Shown: piece by piece, positions 15,792 through 25,580 of the stretch | Layout: each line of letters begins with the position of its first letter | Numbering within the stretch: the stretch's first letter is position 1 | NCBI RefSeq assembly: GCF_009914755.1 | Contig: NC_060930.1 | Strand: one strand, 5' to 3' | Source: the human T2T-CHM13v2.0 reference genome, Homo sapiens | Length of the DNA: 64,000 nt | The notes under the pieces: model-generated | Told to the model about the DNA's origin: nothing | The model's input: only the letters and a program-made list of their open reading frames with translations | Database searches by the model: none | Program-made: the position numbers and the translations under genes

Positions 15792-17033
15792 TTTTTTGTT
15801 TTTTAACTATCAGACTTGTCCACACAGAGCCTCTAGCAATTGTTTGGGTTTTCCTACCCCATTACTGGCTTCTGTGGAGGTTTCTGATTGTGAGCTTCTG
15901 CTCCAGTAAGTTTGGATTCCCTGCATCCACTTGTCTTTCTCTCCTGTTTTGAGGACAGTAGTTTTCCCTGGGACCTCACTGCTCTGACAGATCTAAGAAG
16001 AGTTGTTGATTTTTTTCAGTTTGTTCAGCTTTTTACTTGTTTATAACAGAGTGATGACTTTAAAGCTCCTTTCATGCTGGGCCAGAAATCAGAAGTCCTG
16101 ATGAGTGTTTTTTATGGTCAAAAAGTGTTGGATTTTGTCAAATTTTTTTCTGAAATGGTTGAGATAATCATGTAGTTTGGGTTTGTTATTCTTTTAGTAT
16201 GGTACATTACATTAATTGATTTTTTGGATATGAAAACAAACCTTTCACTCCTGGGATAAATTCTTCTTTGTGGTTGTGTATAACTCTTTTTATATGTTAC
16301 TGTGTTTGTTTTGCTAGTGTTTGGTTGAGGATTTTTTAGTCCATAGTCATAAGAAATTCTGGTCTGTAGTTTTTTTTCTTTTTTCATTGTGATGTCTTTG
16401 TCTGGCTTCAGTATCAGGGTAATATTGCCCTCATAGAATGAGTTGGGAAGTGTTCCTTCCTCTTACTTTTTGGAGGTGTTAATAAAAAATTGGTATTAAT
16501 TCTTCTTTAAATATTCATAGAATGCACCAGTGAAGACATCTGGGTCTGGACTTTTCTTTGTGGATATTGTTTTGATTACAAATTCAGATCACTTTCCCTG
16601 TTTTAAGTCTATTCAGATTATCTATTTCTTCTTGAGTCAGTTTTGATAGTGTATTTCTAGGAATTTGTCCATTTTATCTAAATTATAAAATGTATTATGG
16701 TACAATTTGTTTATAGTAATCCTTTCTCATCTTTTTTTTTATTTTTCATAATGTTGGTGGTAATGCCCACTCTTTCAATTCAGATTCTGTCTTCTCTCAT
16801 TCTTTTTTGGTCAGTCTAACTACATACTTGTCAATTCTGTTTGTGCTGTCAAATATCCAGATTTTGCTTCATTGATTTTCTCTATAGTTTTTATGTTCCT
16901 GTTTCATCAGTTTCTGCTCTATTTGCTCTTATCTTCTCCCTTCTGCTTGCTTTAGGTTTTGTTTGTTCTTTTCTTCTTTTTCTACTGTCTTAAGGTGGAA
17001 GGTTAGGTTACTCACTTGAGATATTTCTTTATT

Positions 17034-17108
17034 TTTAATATAGGCATGTACCACTGCCAGCATTGCTTTAGCACTGCAATGCTGGCAGTGGTACATGCCT
17101 ATATTAAA
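17034..17108. repeat. Perfect 33-bp inverted repeat with a 9-nt spacer
   Basis: TTTAATATAGGCATGTACCACTGCCAGCATTGC (17034-17066) is the exact reverse complement of 17076-17108. Confidence 0.97.
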
Positions 17109-17207
17109 GTGATATATGTCTACATTAAAATGGTATATGCCTAAGTTTTGGTATGTTGTGTCTTCATTTTCATTTGTCTAAAGGTATTTTCTTTCTTTTC
17201 TTTTTCA

Positions 17208-17445
17208 TAGGAGAAAAGGCCTACACATTTATTTAAAATGTACACAAGGCAGCCTTCAGAGTAAGGACCAAACCCCTAACGAGGTACAGAAGCTTATATA
17301 CCACCTTGAGGTTATAGAAATGACACAGTCTCAGAGCATGGGCAAAAACAGATTATGTTGGTAAATCTGGTTTTATTGGCAAGACAAGTTATAAGAGGGA
17401 CAAAGGAAGAGGCTTGGCTAGCATAGGGGGTCTTGTTATGTAGAG
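17208..17445 (-). mobile_element. Partial ERV1 LTR (MER34/MER39-like)
   Basis: AGGAGAAAAGGC..ATTTATT, CAGAAGCTTATATACCA, GGCAAGACAAGTTAT and GGTCTTGTTATGTAGA match the recalled antisense MER34-group LTR. Confidence 0.6.
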
Positions 17446-17563
17446 AGAATTAACTAACTAAGAGTCTGGCATCTTCTTAAGTCTGGTAAGAAACATTTAC
17501 AGTCTTTTCTCTCTGAATCCTGCTTCCTGGAGGCCTCATTTGCATAATAAGAACCTTGGTCTC

Positions 17564-17965
17564 TGTCAGGCCTCTGAGCCCAAGCTAAGCCATCATATCC
17601 CCTGTGACCTGCACGTACACATCCAGACGGCCAGTTCCTGCCTTAACTGATGACATTCCACCACAAAAGAAGTGAAAATGGCCTGTTTCTGCCTTAACTG
17701 ATGACACTGTCTTGTGAAATTCCTTCTCCTGGCTCATCCTGGCTCAAAAGCTCCCCCACTGAGTACCTTGTGACCCCCACTCCTGCCCACCACAGAACAA
17801 CTCCCCTTTTTCCTTTACCTACCCAAATCCTATAAAACGGCCCCACCCCCATCTCCCTTCACTGACTCTTTTCGGACTCAGCCCGCCTGCACCCAAGTGA
17901 AATAAGCAGCCATGTTGCTCACACAAAGCCTGTTTGGTGGTCTCTTCACAAGGACGCGCATGAAA
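17564..17965 (+). promoter_or_regulatory. 5' LTR7-family LTR (402 bp)
   Basis: TGTCAGGCCTCTGAGCCCAAGC...GCATGAAA; TATAAAA at 17831-17837; poly(A) hexamer mutated to AATAAG at 17901-17906. Confidence 0.96.
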
Positions 17966-17967
17966 TT

Positions 17968-17985
17968 TGGTGCCGTGACTCGGAT
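17968..17985 (+). other. Primer-binding site complementary to the tRNA-His 3' end
   Basis: TGGTGCCGTGACTCGGAT directly after the 5' LTR. Confidence 0.96.
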
Positions 17986-18112
17986 CGGGGGACCTCCCTT
18001 GGGAGATCAATCCCCTGTCCTCCTGTTCTTTGCTCCATGAGAAAGATCCACCTACGACCTCAGGTCCTCAGACCAACCAGCCCAAGGAACGAACATCTCG
18101 CCAATTTTAAAT

Positions 18113-18121
18113 CAGGTAAGC
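18113..18121 (+). promoter_or_regulatory. HERV-H major splice donor
   Basis: CAG|GTAAGC at 18115/18116, ~150 nt past the LTR, where the HERV-H donor is expected. Confidence 0.85.
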
Positions 18122-18786
18122 GGCCTCTTCTTACTCTCTTCTCCAACCTCTCTCACTGTCCCTCAATCACTTTCTCCTTTCCACTCTTCAATCTCTCCCT
18201 TCTCTTAATTTCAATTCCTTTTATTTTCTGGTAGAGACAAAGGAGACACATTTTATCCATGGACCGAAAACTCTGGCGCCGGTCACAGACTAGGGAAGGC
18301 AGCCTTCCCTTGGTGTTTAATCATTGCAGGGACACCTCTCTGATTATTCACCCAGGTTTCAGAGGTGTCAGACCATGCAGGGATGCCTGCCTTGGTCCTT
18401 CACCCTTAGCGGCAAGTCTCGCTTTTCTGGGAAAGGGGCAAGTACCCCAACCCCTTCTCTCCATGTCTCTACCCCTTCTCCACCTTTCTGGGGGACAAGA
18501 AACCCCCAACCCCTTCTCCTTCACCCTGAGCGGCAAGTCCCACTTTTCTAGAGGAGGGGCAAGTACCCCAACCTCGTATCTCTGTGCCCCGATCCCTTAT
18601 TTCCATGCCCAGACCTCTTATATCTCTGCGCCCCAATCCCTTATTTCCGTGCCCCAACCGCTTATATCTCTGTGCCCCGATCCCTTATTTCCGCGCCCCA
18701 ACCCCTTCTCTGCTTTTCTGGAGGGCAAGAACCCCCCACCCCTTCTCCGTGTCTCTACTCTTTTCTCTGGGCTTGCCTCCTTCACT

Positions 18787-19963
18787 ATGGGCAAGCTTCC
18801 ACCTTCCATTCCTCCTTCTTCTCCCTTAGCCTGTGTTCTTAAGAACTTAAAACCTCTTCAACTCTCACCTGACCTAAAATCTAAGCATCTTATTTTCTTC
18901 TGCAATGCTGCTTCACCCCAATACAAACTCGACAGTAGTTCCAAATAGCCGGAAAATGGCACTTTCAATTTTTCCATCCTACAAGATCTAAATAATTCTT
19001 GACGTAAAATGGGCAAATGGTCTGAGCTGCCTGACGTCCAGGCATTCTTTTACACATTGGTCCCTCTCTAGTCTCTGTTCCCAATGCAACTCATCCCAAA
19101 TCTTCCTTCTTTCCCTCCCACCTGTCCCCTCAGTCTCAACCCCAAGCGTTGCTGAGTCTTTCTAATCTTCCTTTTCTACAGACCCATCTGACCTCTCCCC
19201 TCCTCCCCAGGCTGCTCCTCGCCAGGCCGAGCTAGGTCCCAATTCTTCCTCAGCCTCCGCTCCTCCACCCTATAATCCTTTTATCACCTCCCATCCTCAC
19301 ACCCGGTCCAGCTTACAGTTTCATTCCGTGACTAGCCCTCCGCCACCTGCCCAGCAATTTACTCTTAAAAAGGTGGCTGGAGCTAAAGGCATAGTCAAGG
19401 TTAATGCTCCTTTTTCTTTATCCCAAATCGGATAGCGTTTAGGCTCTTTTTCATCAAATATAAAAATCCAGCCCAGTTCATGACTCGTTTGGCAGCAACC
19501 CTGAGACACTTTACAGCCCTAGACCCTAAAAGGTCAAAAGCCGTCTTATTCTCAAAATACATTTTATTACCCAATCTGCTCTCAACATTAACTAAAACTC
19601 CAAAAATTAAATTCCAGCCCTCAAACCCCACAACAGGATTTAATTAACCTCGCCTTCAAGGTGTGCAATAATAGAAAAAAGTTGTAATTCCTTGCCTCCA
19701 CTGTGAGACAAACCCCAGCCACATCTCCAGCACACAAGAACTTCCAAACGCCTGAACCGCAGTGGCCAGGTGTTCCTCCAGAACCTCCTCCTCCAGGAGC
19801 TTGCTACAAGTGCCAGAAATCTGGCCACCAGGCCAAGGAATGCCTGCAGCCCAGGATTCCTCCTAAGCCAAGTCCCATCTGTGCGGGACCCCACTGGAAA
19901 TCGGACTGTTCAACTCACCTGGCAGCCACTCCCAGAGCCCCTGGAACTCTTGCCCAAGGCTGA
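18787..19963 (+). pseudogene. gag: HERV-H gag remnant (MA start, NC zinc knuckle)
   Basis: MGKLPPSIPPSSPLACVLKNL from ATG 18787, stop at 18946; CCHC knuckle CYKCQKSGHQAKEC at 19802-19843; second knuckle degenerate (SPICAGPHWKSDC). Confidence 0.9.
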
Positions 19964-20049
19964 CTCCTTCCCAGACCTTCTTGGCTTAGCGGCTGAAGAC
20001 TGATGCTGCCCGATTGCCTCAGAAGCCCCCTAGACCATCAGAGACGCTG

Positions 20050-22250
20050 AGCTTCGGGTAACTCTCACAGTGGAGGGTAAGTCTGTCCCCTTCTTAATCA
20101 ATACGGAGGCTACCCACTCCACATTACCTTCTTTTCAAGGGCCTGTTTCCCTTGCCTCCATAACTGTTGTGGGTATTGACGGCCAGGCTTCTAAACCTCT
20201 TAAAACTCCCCAACTCTAGTGCCAACTTAGACAATACTCTTTTAACCACTCCTTTTAGTTACCCCCACCTGCCCAGTTCCCTTATTAGGCCGAGACACTT
20301 TAACTAAATTATCTGCTTCCCTGACTATTCCTGGATTACAGCTGCATCTCATTGCTGCCCTTCTTCCCAATCCAAAGCCTCCTTTGCGTCCTCCTCTTGT
20401 ATCCCCCACCTTAACCCACAAGTATAAGATACCTCTACTCCCTCCTTGGTGACCAATCATACACCTCTTACCATCTCATTAAAACCTAATCACCCTTACC
20501 CTGCTCAATGCCAATATCCCATCCCACAACATATTTTGAAAGGATTAAAGCCTGTTATCACTCACCTGCTACAGCATGGCCTTTTAAAGCCTATAAACTC
20601 TCCTTATCATTCTCCCATTTTACCTGTCTTAAAACCAGACAAGCCTTACAAGTTAGTTCAGGATCTATGCCTTATCAACCAAATTGTTTTGCCTATCCCC
20701 CCCATGGTGCCAAACCCATATACTCTCCTATCCTCAATACCTCCTTCCACAATCCATTATTCTGTTCTGGATCTCAAACATGCTTTCTTTACTATCTTTG
20801 CACCCGTCATCCTAGCCTCTCTTCGCTTTCACTTGGACTGACTCTGACACCCATTAGGCTCAGCAAATTACCTGGGCTGTACTGCCGCAAGCCTTCACAG
20901 ACAGCCCCCATTACTTCAGTCAAGCCCAAATTTCATCCTCATCTGTTACCTATCTTGGCATAATTCTCATAAAAACACACATGCTTTCCCTGTTGATTGT
21001 GTCCGATTAATCTCCCAAACTTCAATCCCTTACAAAACAACAACTCCTTTCCTTCCTAGGCGTGGTTAGTGTGGTCAGAATTCTTACACAAGAGCCAGGA
21101 CCGCACCCTGTAGCCTTTCTGTGCAAACAACTTGACCTTACTGTTTTAGCCTAGCCATCATGTCTCTGTGCAGTGGCTGCTGCTGCCCTAATACTTTTAG
21201 AGGCCCTCAAAATCACAAACTATGCTCAACTTACTCTCTACATTTCTCATAACTTCCAAAATCTATTTTCTTCCTCATACCTGATGCATATACTTTCTGC
21301 TCCCCGGCTCCTTCAGCTGCACTCCCTCTTTGTTAAGTCCCACAATAACCATTGCTCCTGGCCCGGACTTCAATCCGGCCTGCCACATTATTCCTGATAC
21401 CACACCTGACCCCCATGACTGTATCTCTCTGATCCACCTGACATTCACCCCATTTCCCCGTATTTCCTTCTTTCCTGTTCCTCACCATGATCACGCTTGA
21501 TTTATTGATGGCAGTTCCACCAGGCCTAATCGCCACACACCAGCAAAGGCAGGCTATGCTATAGTACAAGCCACTAGCCCGCCTCTTAGAACCTCTCATT
21601 TCCTTTCCATCGTGGAAATCTATCCTCAAGGAAATAACTTCTCAGTGTTCCATCTGCTATTCTACTACCCCTCAGGGATTATTCAGGCCCCCTCCCTTCC
21701 CCACACATCAAGCTCGAGGATTTGCCCCCACCCAGGACTGGCAAATTAGCTTTACTCAACATGCCCCGAGTCAGGTAACTAAAATACCTCTTAGTCTAGG
21801 TAGACACTTTCACTGGATAGGGAGAGGCCTTTCCTACAGGGTCTGAGAAGGCCACCGCAGTCATTTCGTCCCTGCTGTCAGACATAATTCCTCAGTTTAG
21901 CCTTCCCACCTCTATACAGTCTGATAACGGACCAGCCTTTATTAGTCAAATCAGCCAAGCAGCTTTTCAGGCTCTTAGTATTTAGTGAAACCTTTATATC
22001 CCTTACGGTCCTCAGTCTTCAGGAAAAGTAGAACGGACTAAAGGTCTTTTAAAAACACACCTCACCAAGCTCAGCCACCAACTTAAAAAGGACTGGACAA
22101 TACTTTTACCACTTTCGCTTCTCAGAATTCAGGCCTGTCCTTGGAATGCTACAAGGTACAGCCCATTTGAGCTCCTGTATAGACGCTCCTTTTTATTAGG
22201 CCCCAGTCTCATTCCAGACACCAGACCAACTTAGACTGTGCCCCCAGAAA
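20050..22250 (+). pseudogene. pol: HERV-H pro-pol remnant with deletions, stops and frameshifts
   Basis: Protease FLINTEATHS (DTG mutated to NTE); RT SPILPVLKPDKPYKLVQDL and SVLDLKHAFFTI; RNase H *FIDGSS at 21498; integrase YLLV*VDTFTG*, IQSDNGPAF, PQSSGKVER. Confidence 0.92.
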
Positions 22251-22299
22251 AACTTGTCATCCCTACTATCTTCTGTCTAGTCATACTCCTATTCACCGT

Positions 22300-22810
22300 T
22301 CTCAACTACTCATACATGCCCTGCTCTTGTTTACACTGCCGGTTTACACTGTTTCTCCAAGCCATCACAGCTGATATCTCCTGGTGCTATCCCCAAACTG
22401 CCACTCTTAACTCTTGAAGTAAATAAATAATCTTTGCTGGCAGGACTATGCTGAATCTCCTTAGGCACTCTCTAATCAGATGTCCTGAGTCGTCCCAATT
22501 CTTAGACCTTTTAAACCTGTTTTTCTCCTTCTCTTATTCCATTTAGTTTTTCAATTCATACAAAACTGTATCCAGGCCATCACCAATAATTCTAAATTAC
22601 AAATGTTCCTTCTAACAACCTCACAATATCACCCCTTACCACAAAATCTTCCTTCAGCTTAATCTCTCCCACTCTAAGTTCCCAAACCACCCCCAATCCC
22701 GCTCGAAGCAGCCCTGAGAAACATCGCCCATTTATCTCCCCATACCATCCCCCAAAATTTTCACCGTCCCAACACTTTACCACTATTTCATTTTGTTTTT
22801 CTTATTAATA
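22300..22810 (+). pseudogene. env: Short env remnant / 3' untranslated region of HERV-H
   Basis: Only ~0.5 kb between the integrase and the PPT, with no open frame; assignment rests on position and family knowledge. Confidence 0.55.
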
Positions 22811-22824
22811 CAAGAAGACAGGAA

Positions 22825-23228
22825 TGTCAGGCCTCTGGGCCCAAGCTAAGCCATCATATCCCCTGTGACCTGCACGTACACATCCAGATGGCCGGTTCCT
22901 GCCTTAACTGATAACATTCCACCACAAAAGAAGTGAAAATGGCCTGTTCCTGCCGTAACTGATGACACTGTCTTGTGAAATTCCTTCTCCTGGCTCATCC
23001 TGGCTCAAAAGCTCCCCCACTGAGTACCTTGTGACCCCCACTCCTGCCCACCACAGAACAACCCCCCTTTTTCCTTTACCTACCCAAATCCTATAAAACG
23101 GCCCCACCCCTATCTCCCTTCGCTGACTCTCTTTTCGGACTCAGCCCGCCTGCACCCAGGTGAAATAAACAGCCATGTTGCTCACACAAAGCCTGTTTGG
23201 TGGTCTCTTCACACGGACGCACATGAAA
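22825..23228 (+). promoter_or_regulatory. 3' LTR7-family LTR (404 bp) with intact poly(A) signal
   Basis: Direct repeat of the 5' LTR (13 substitutions and one 2-bp indel by manual alignment); TATAAAA at 23092; AATAAA at 23164-23169. Confidence 0.96.
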
Positions 23229-25580
23229 GTCTCCACAACCCCTTATCTTAACCCAGACACCCCCTTCTGTTGATTCCAGGTCTTTAGAGAAACTCTTTCA
23301 ACCAATTGCCAATCTGAAAATCTTTTGAATCTACCTACGACCTGGAAGCCTCACTTTTAGTTGTCCTGTCTTTCTGGACTGAATCAATGTACATCTTACA
23401 CATATTGATTGATGCCTTATTTCTCCTCAAAATGTATAAATCCAACCCGTAGCTGACCACCTTGGGCACATGCTCTCAGGACCTTGTGGGGCTGTGTCAT
23501 AGCTCATTGGTTACTCATATTTGGCTCAGAATAAATCTCTTCAAATATCTTACAATGTTTGATTCTTTTTGTTGGCACTTGTTTTGTAACCTAAGATATG
23601 GTCTATACTGTGGAATGTTCTATATGCACTTGAGATAAATGTGTATTCTGCTGTTCTTGTGTGGAGGACTCTGACTAAGTCTGTTAGGTCTAGTTGGTTA
23701 TGGTGTTGTTCAAGTGTTTTATCTCCTTATTGATCTTCTCCGTAGTTTTATTCATTATTAAAAGTGGAGTATTGATGTTTCTACCTATTACTGTAGAATC
23801 GTATATTTCTCCCTTTAATTCTCTATTAGCTTGATATATATTGGAGCTCTGGTATGAGGTACAAATATGTTTATAATTATGACATCTTCATGATGGATTG
23901 ACCCGTTTACCAATGTATAATATTCTTTTGTCTCCTGCAACATATCTGACTTAAAGTCTATTTTGTCTGACATTAGTATAGCCAGCTCAGCTCTCTTTTG
24001 GTTATTATTTACGTAGAATATCTTTTTATAGCCCCTACTTTCAATCTGTTTGTATCTTTGGATTTAAAGTGTATTTCCCATAAATTGCATGTAGCAAATC
24101 TGGTAATTTTTATTCAGTTTAATAATCTCTGCCTTTGAATTGAATTGTTTACTTCATTCCCATTAGATATTATCTTTCCTTTTACTTTTTATTTTCTATA
24201 TTTTGCATATCTTTTTTGTTTCTCTATTCCTCTTTTACTGCTTTCTTTTGTATTGAGTATTTTCTAATGTAACATTTTAATTCTCTAATGATTGTTTTCA
24301 CTATACTTTTTGAGTTATTTCCTTGGGGTTGCTCTAGGGCTTACATATACATCTTAACTTATCAGAATCAGCTTCAGATTTATACTAACTTAATTCCAGT
24401 GAGATATAGAAATATCACTCTTACATAGCTCTATTCCCTTTCCCCACTTTTTATGGTATTATTATTAAACATATTACATCTATAAATGTTATAAGCCAAG
24501 CAATACATTGTTATAATGATTACTTTATATAGTTTTATGTCTTTTAAAGAAACTAAGCTAATAAAAGACAGCAATTATATAGTTATAGCTTTTTTAATAT
24601 TAGCCCTCTTATTTATCATTTCTGATTCTCTTCATTTGTTCTTGTGGAGTCAAGCTACCATCTGGAGTCATTTCCTTAGCCCAGTACAGCTTTGCTCCCA
24701 CCCACATTCTTGTTGCTGTTATTGGCAAAGATATTACATTTCTATATGTTTTGAGACCAACAATACATTATATGCACATTGTGTTACACAATTGCTTTTA
24801 AAATCAGTAGAGAGAAGAAAGGAGAAGAAATTTGCATTTATAGTCTTTTTATAGTTACATAATTACCTTTACCAGTGTTCTTTGTTTTTTTTGTGTGGAT
24901 TCATATTACTATCTGGGGTCACTTGCTTTCAGCCTGAAGAAATTTCTTTAGTGTTTTTTCCTTTGGTATTAAATAAATACTATAATTCCTTTAGTAGTCT
25001 CAGCATTTGTTTATCTGGGAATTTATTCCACGTTCATTTTTGAAAGAGAGCTTTGCTGGATATAGGATACTTGGTTGATTATATTTTTCTTTGGGCACTT
25101 TGAATATATTATGTCCCTACCTTCTGGTCTCCATTGTTTCTGAAAAGAAATCAGCTATTAATCTTATTGGAGTTCTCTTGTGAATGACAAGTCATTTTTC
25201 TCTTGCTGCTTTCAAGATTTTCTCCTTGTCTTTGGCTTTTAGAAGTTTTACTATAATGTGTCTCTTTGTAGTTCCATTTGAATTTATTCTATTTAGATCA
25301 TCAAGCTTCCTGGGTGTATAAATTAATATTTTTCAATAAATTGGGGGTATTTAAGGCCATTATTTCTTCAGATTTTTTCTTCTCTTTCTTCCCCCAACCA
25401 TAGTCTTATTATATGTATGCTGGTGTACTTCATGGTATCCCACCTTTCCTGAAGGTTCTGTTCATTTTTCTTCAATTTTTCCCTCTCCGTGCTATCACTC
25501 TATCTTCAAGTTTGCGACTTCCTCCTTTTGAGAGTTCAAATCTACTATTGAGCCCCCCTAGTGAATTTTTCATCTCAGTA

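Larger units (their letters stand above)
17564..23228 (+). mobile_element. HERV-H provirus, common internally deleted non-autonomous type, 5665 bp
   Basis: Paired LTRs, His PBS, PPT AAGAAGACAGGAA at 22812-22824, TSD GTCTC at 17559-17563 and 23229-23233, gag/pro/pol remnants. Confidence 0.98.
17446..23577 (+). mobile_element. MER4-family ERV1 LTR split by HERV-H (17446-17563 and 23229-23577)
   Basis: AAGAACCTTGGTCTC|CACAACCCCTTATCTTAACCCAGAC is continuous across the provirus; MER4-type end GGCTCAGAATAAATCTCTTCAAATA...TTGGCA. Confidence 0.85.

Noticed and set aside
17968-17985. tRNA-His-like sequence
   Set aside because: Only the 18-nt retroviral primer-binding site, not a tRNA gene.
18400-18740. 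Short spaced repeats (TCTCTGTGCCCC..TCCCTTATTTCC; AACCCCTTCTC) resembling an array
   Set aside because: Ordinary HERV-H pre-gag repeats; not CRISPR-like, and the genome is eukaryotic.
17564-19000. Identification of the locus as ESRG or LINC-ROR
   Set aside because: The similarity reflects shared HERV-H ancestry; the peptide differs from the recalled ESRG sequence and I do not recognise the flanks.
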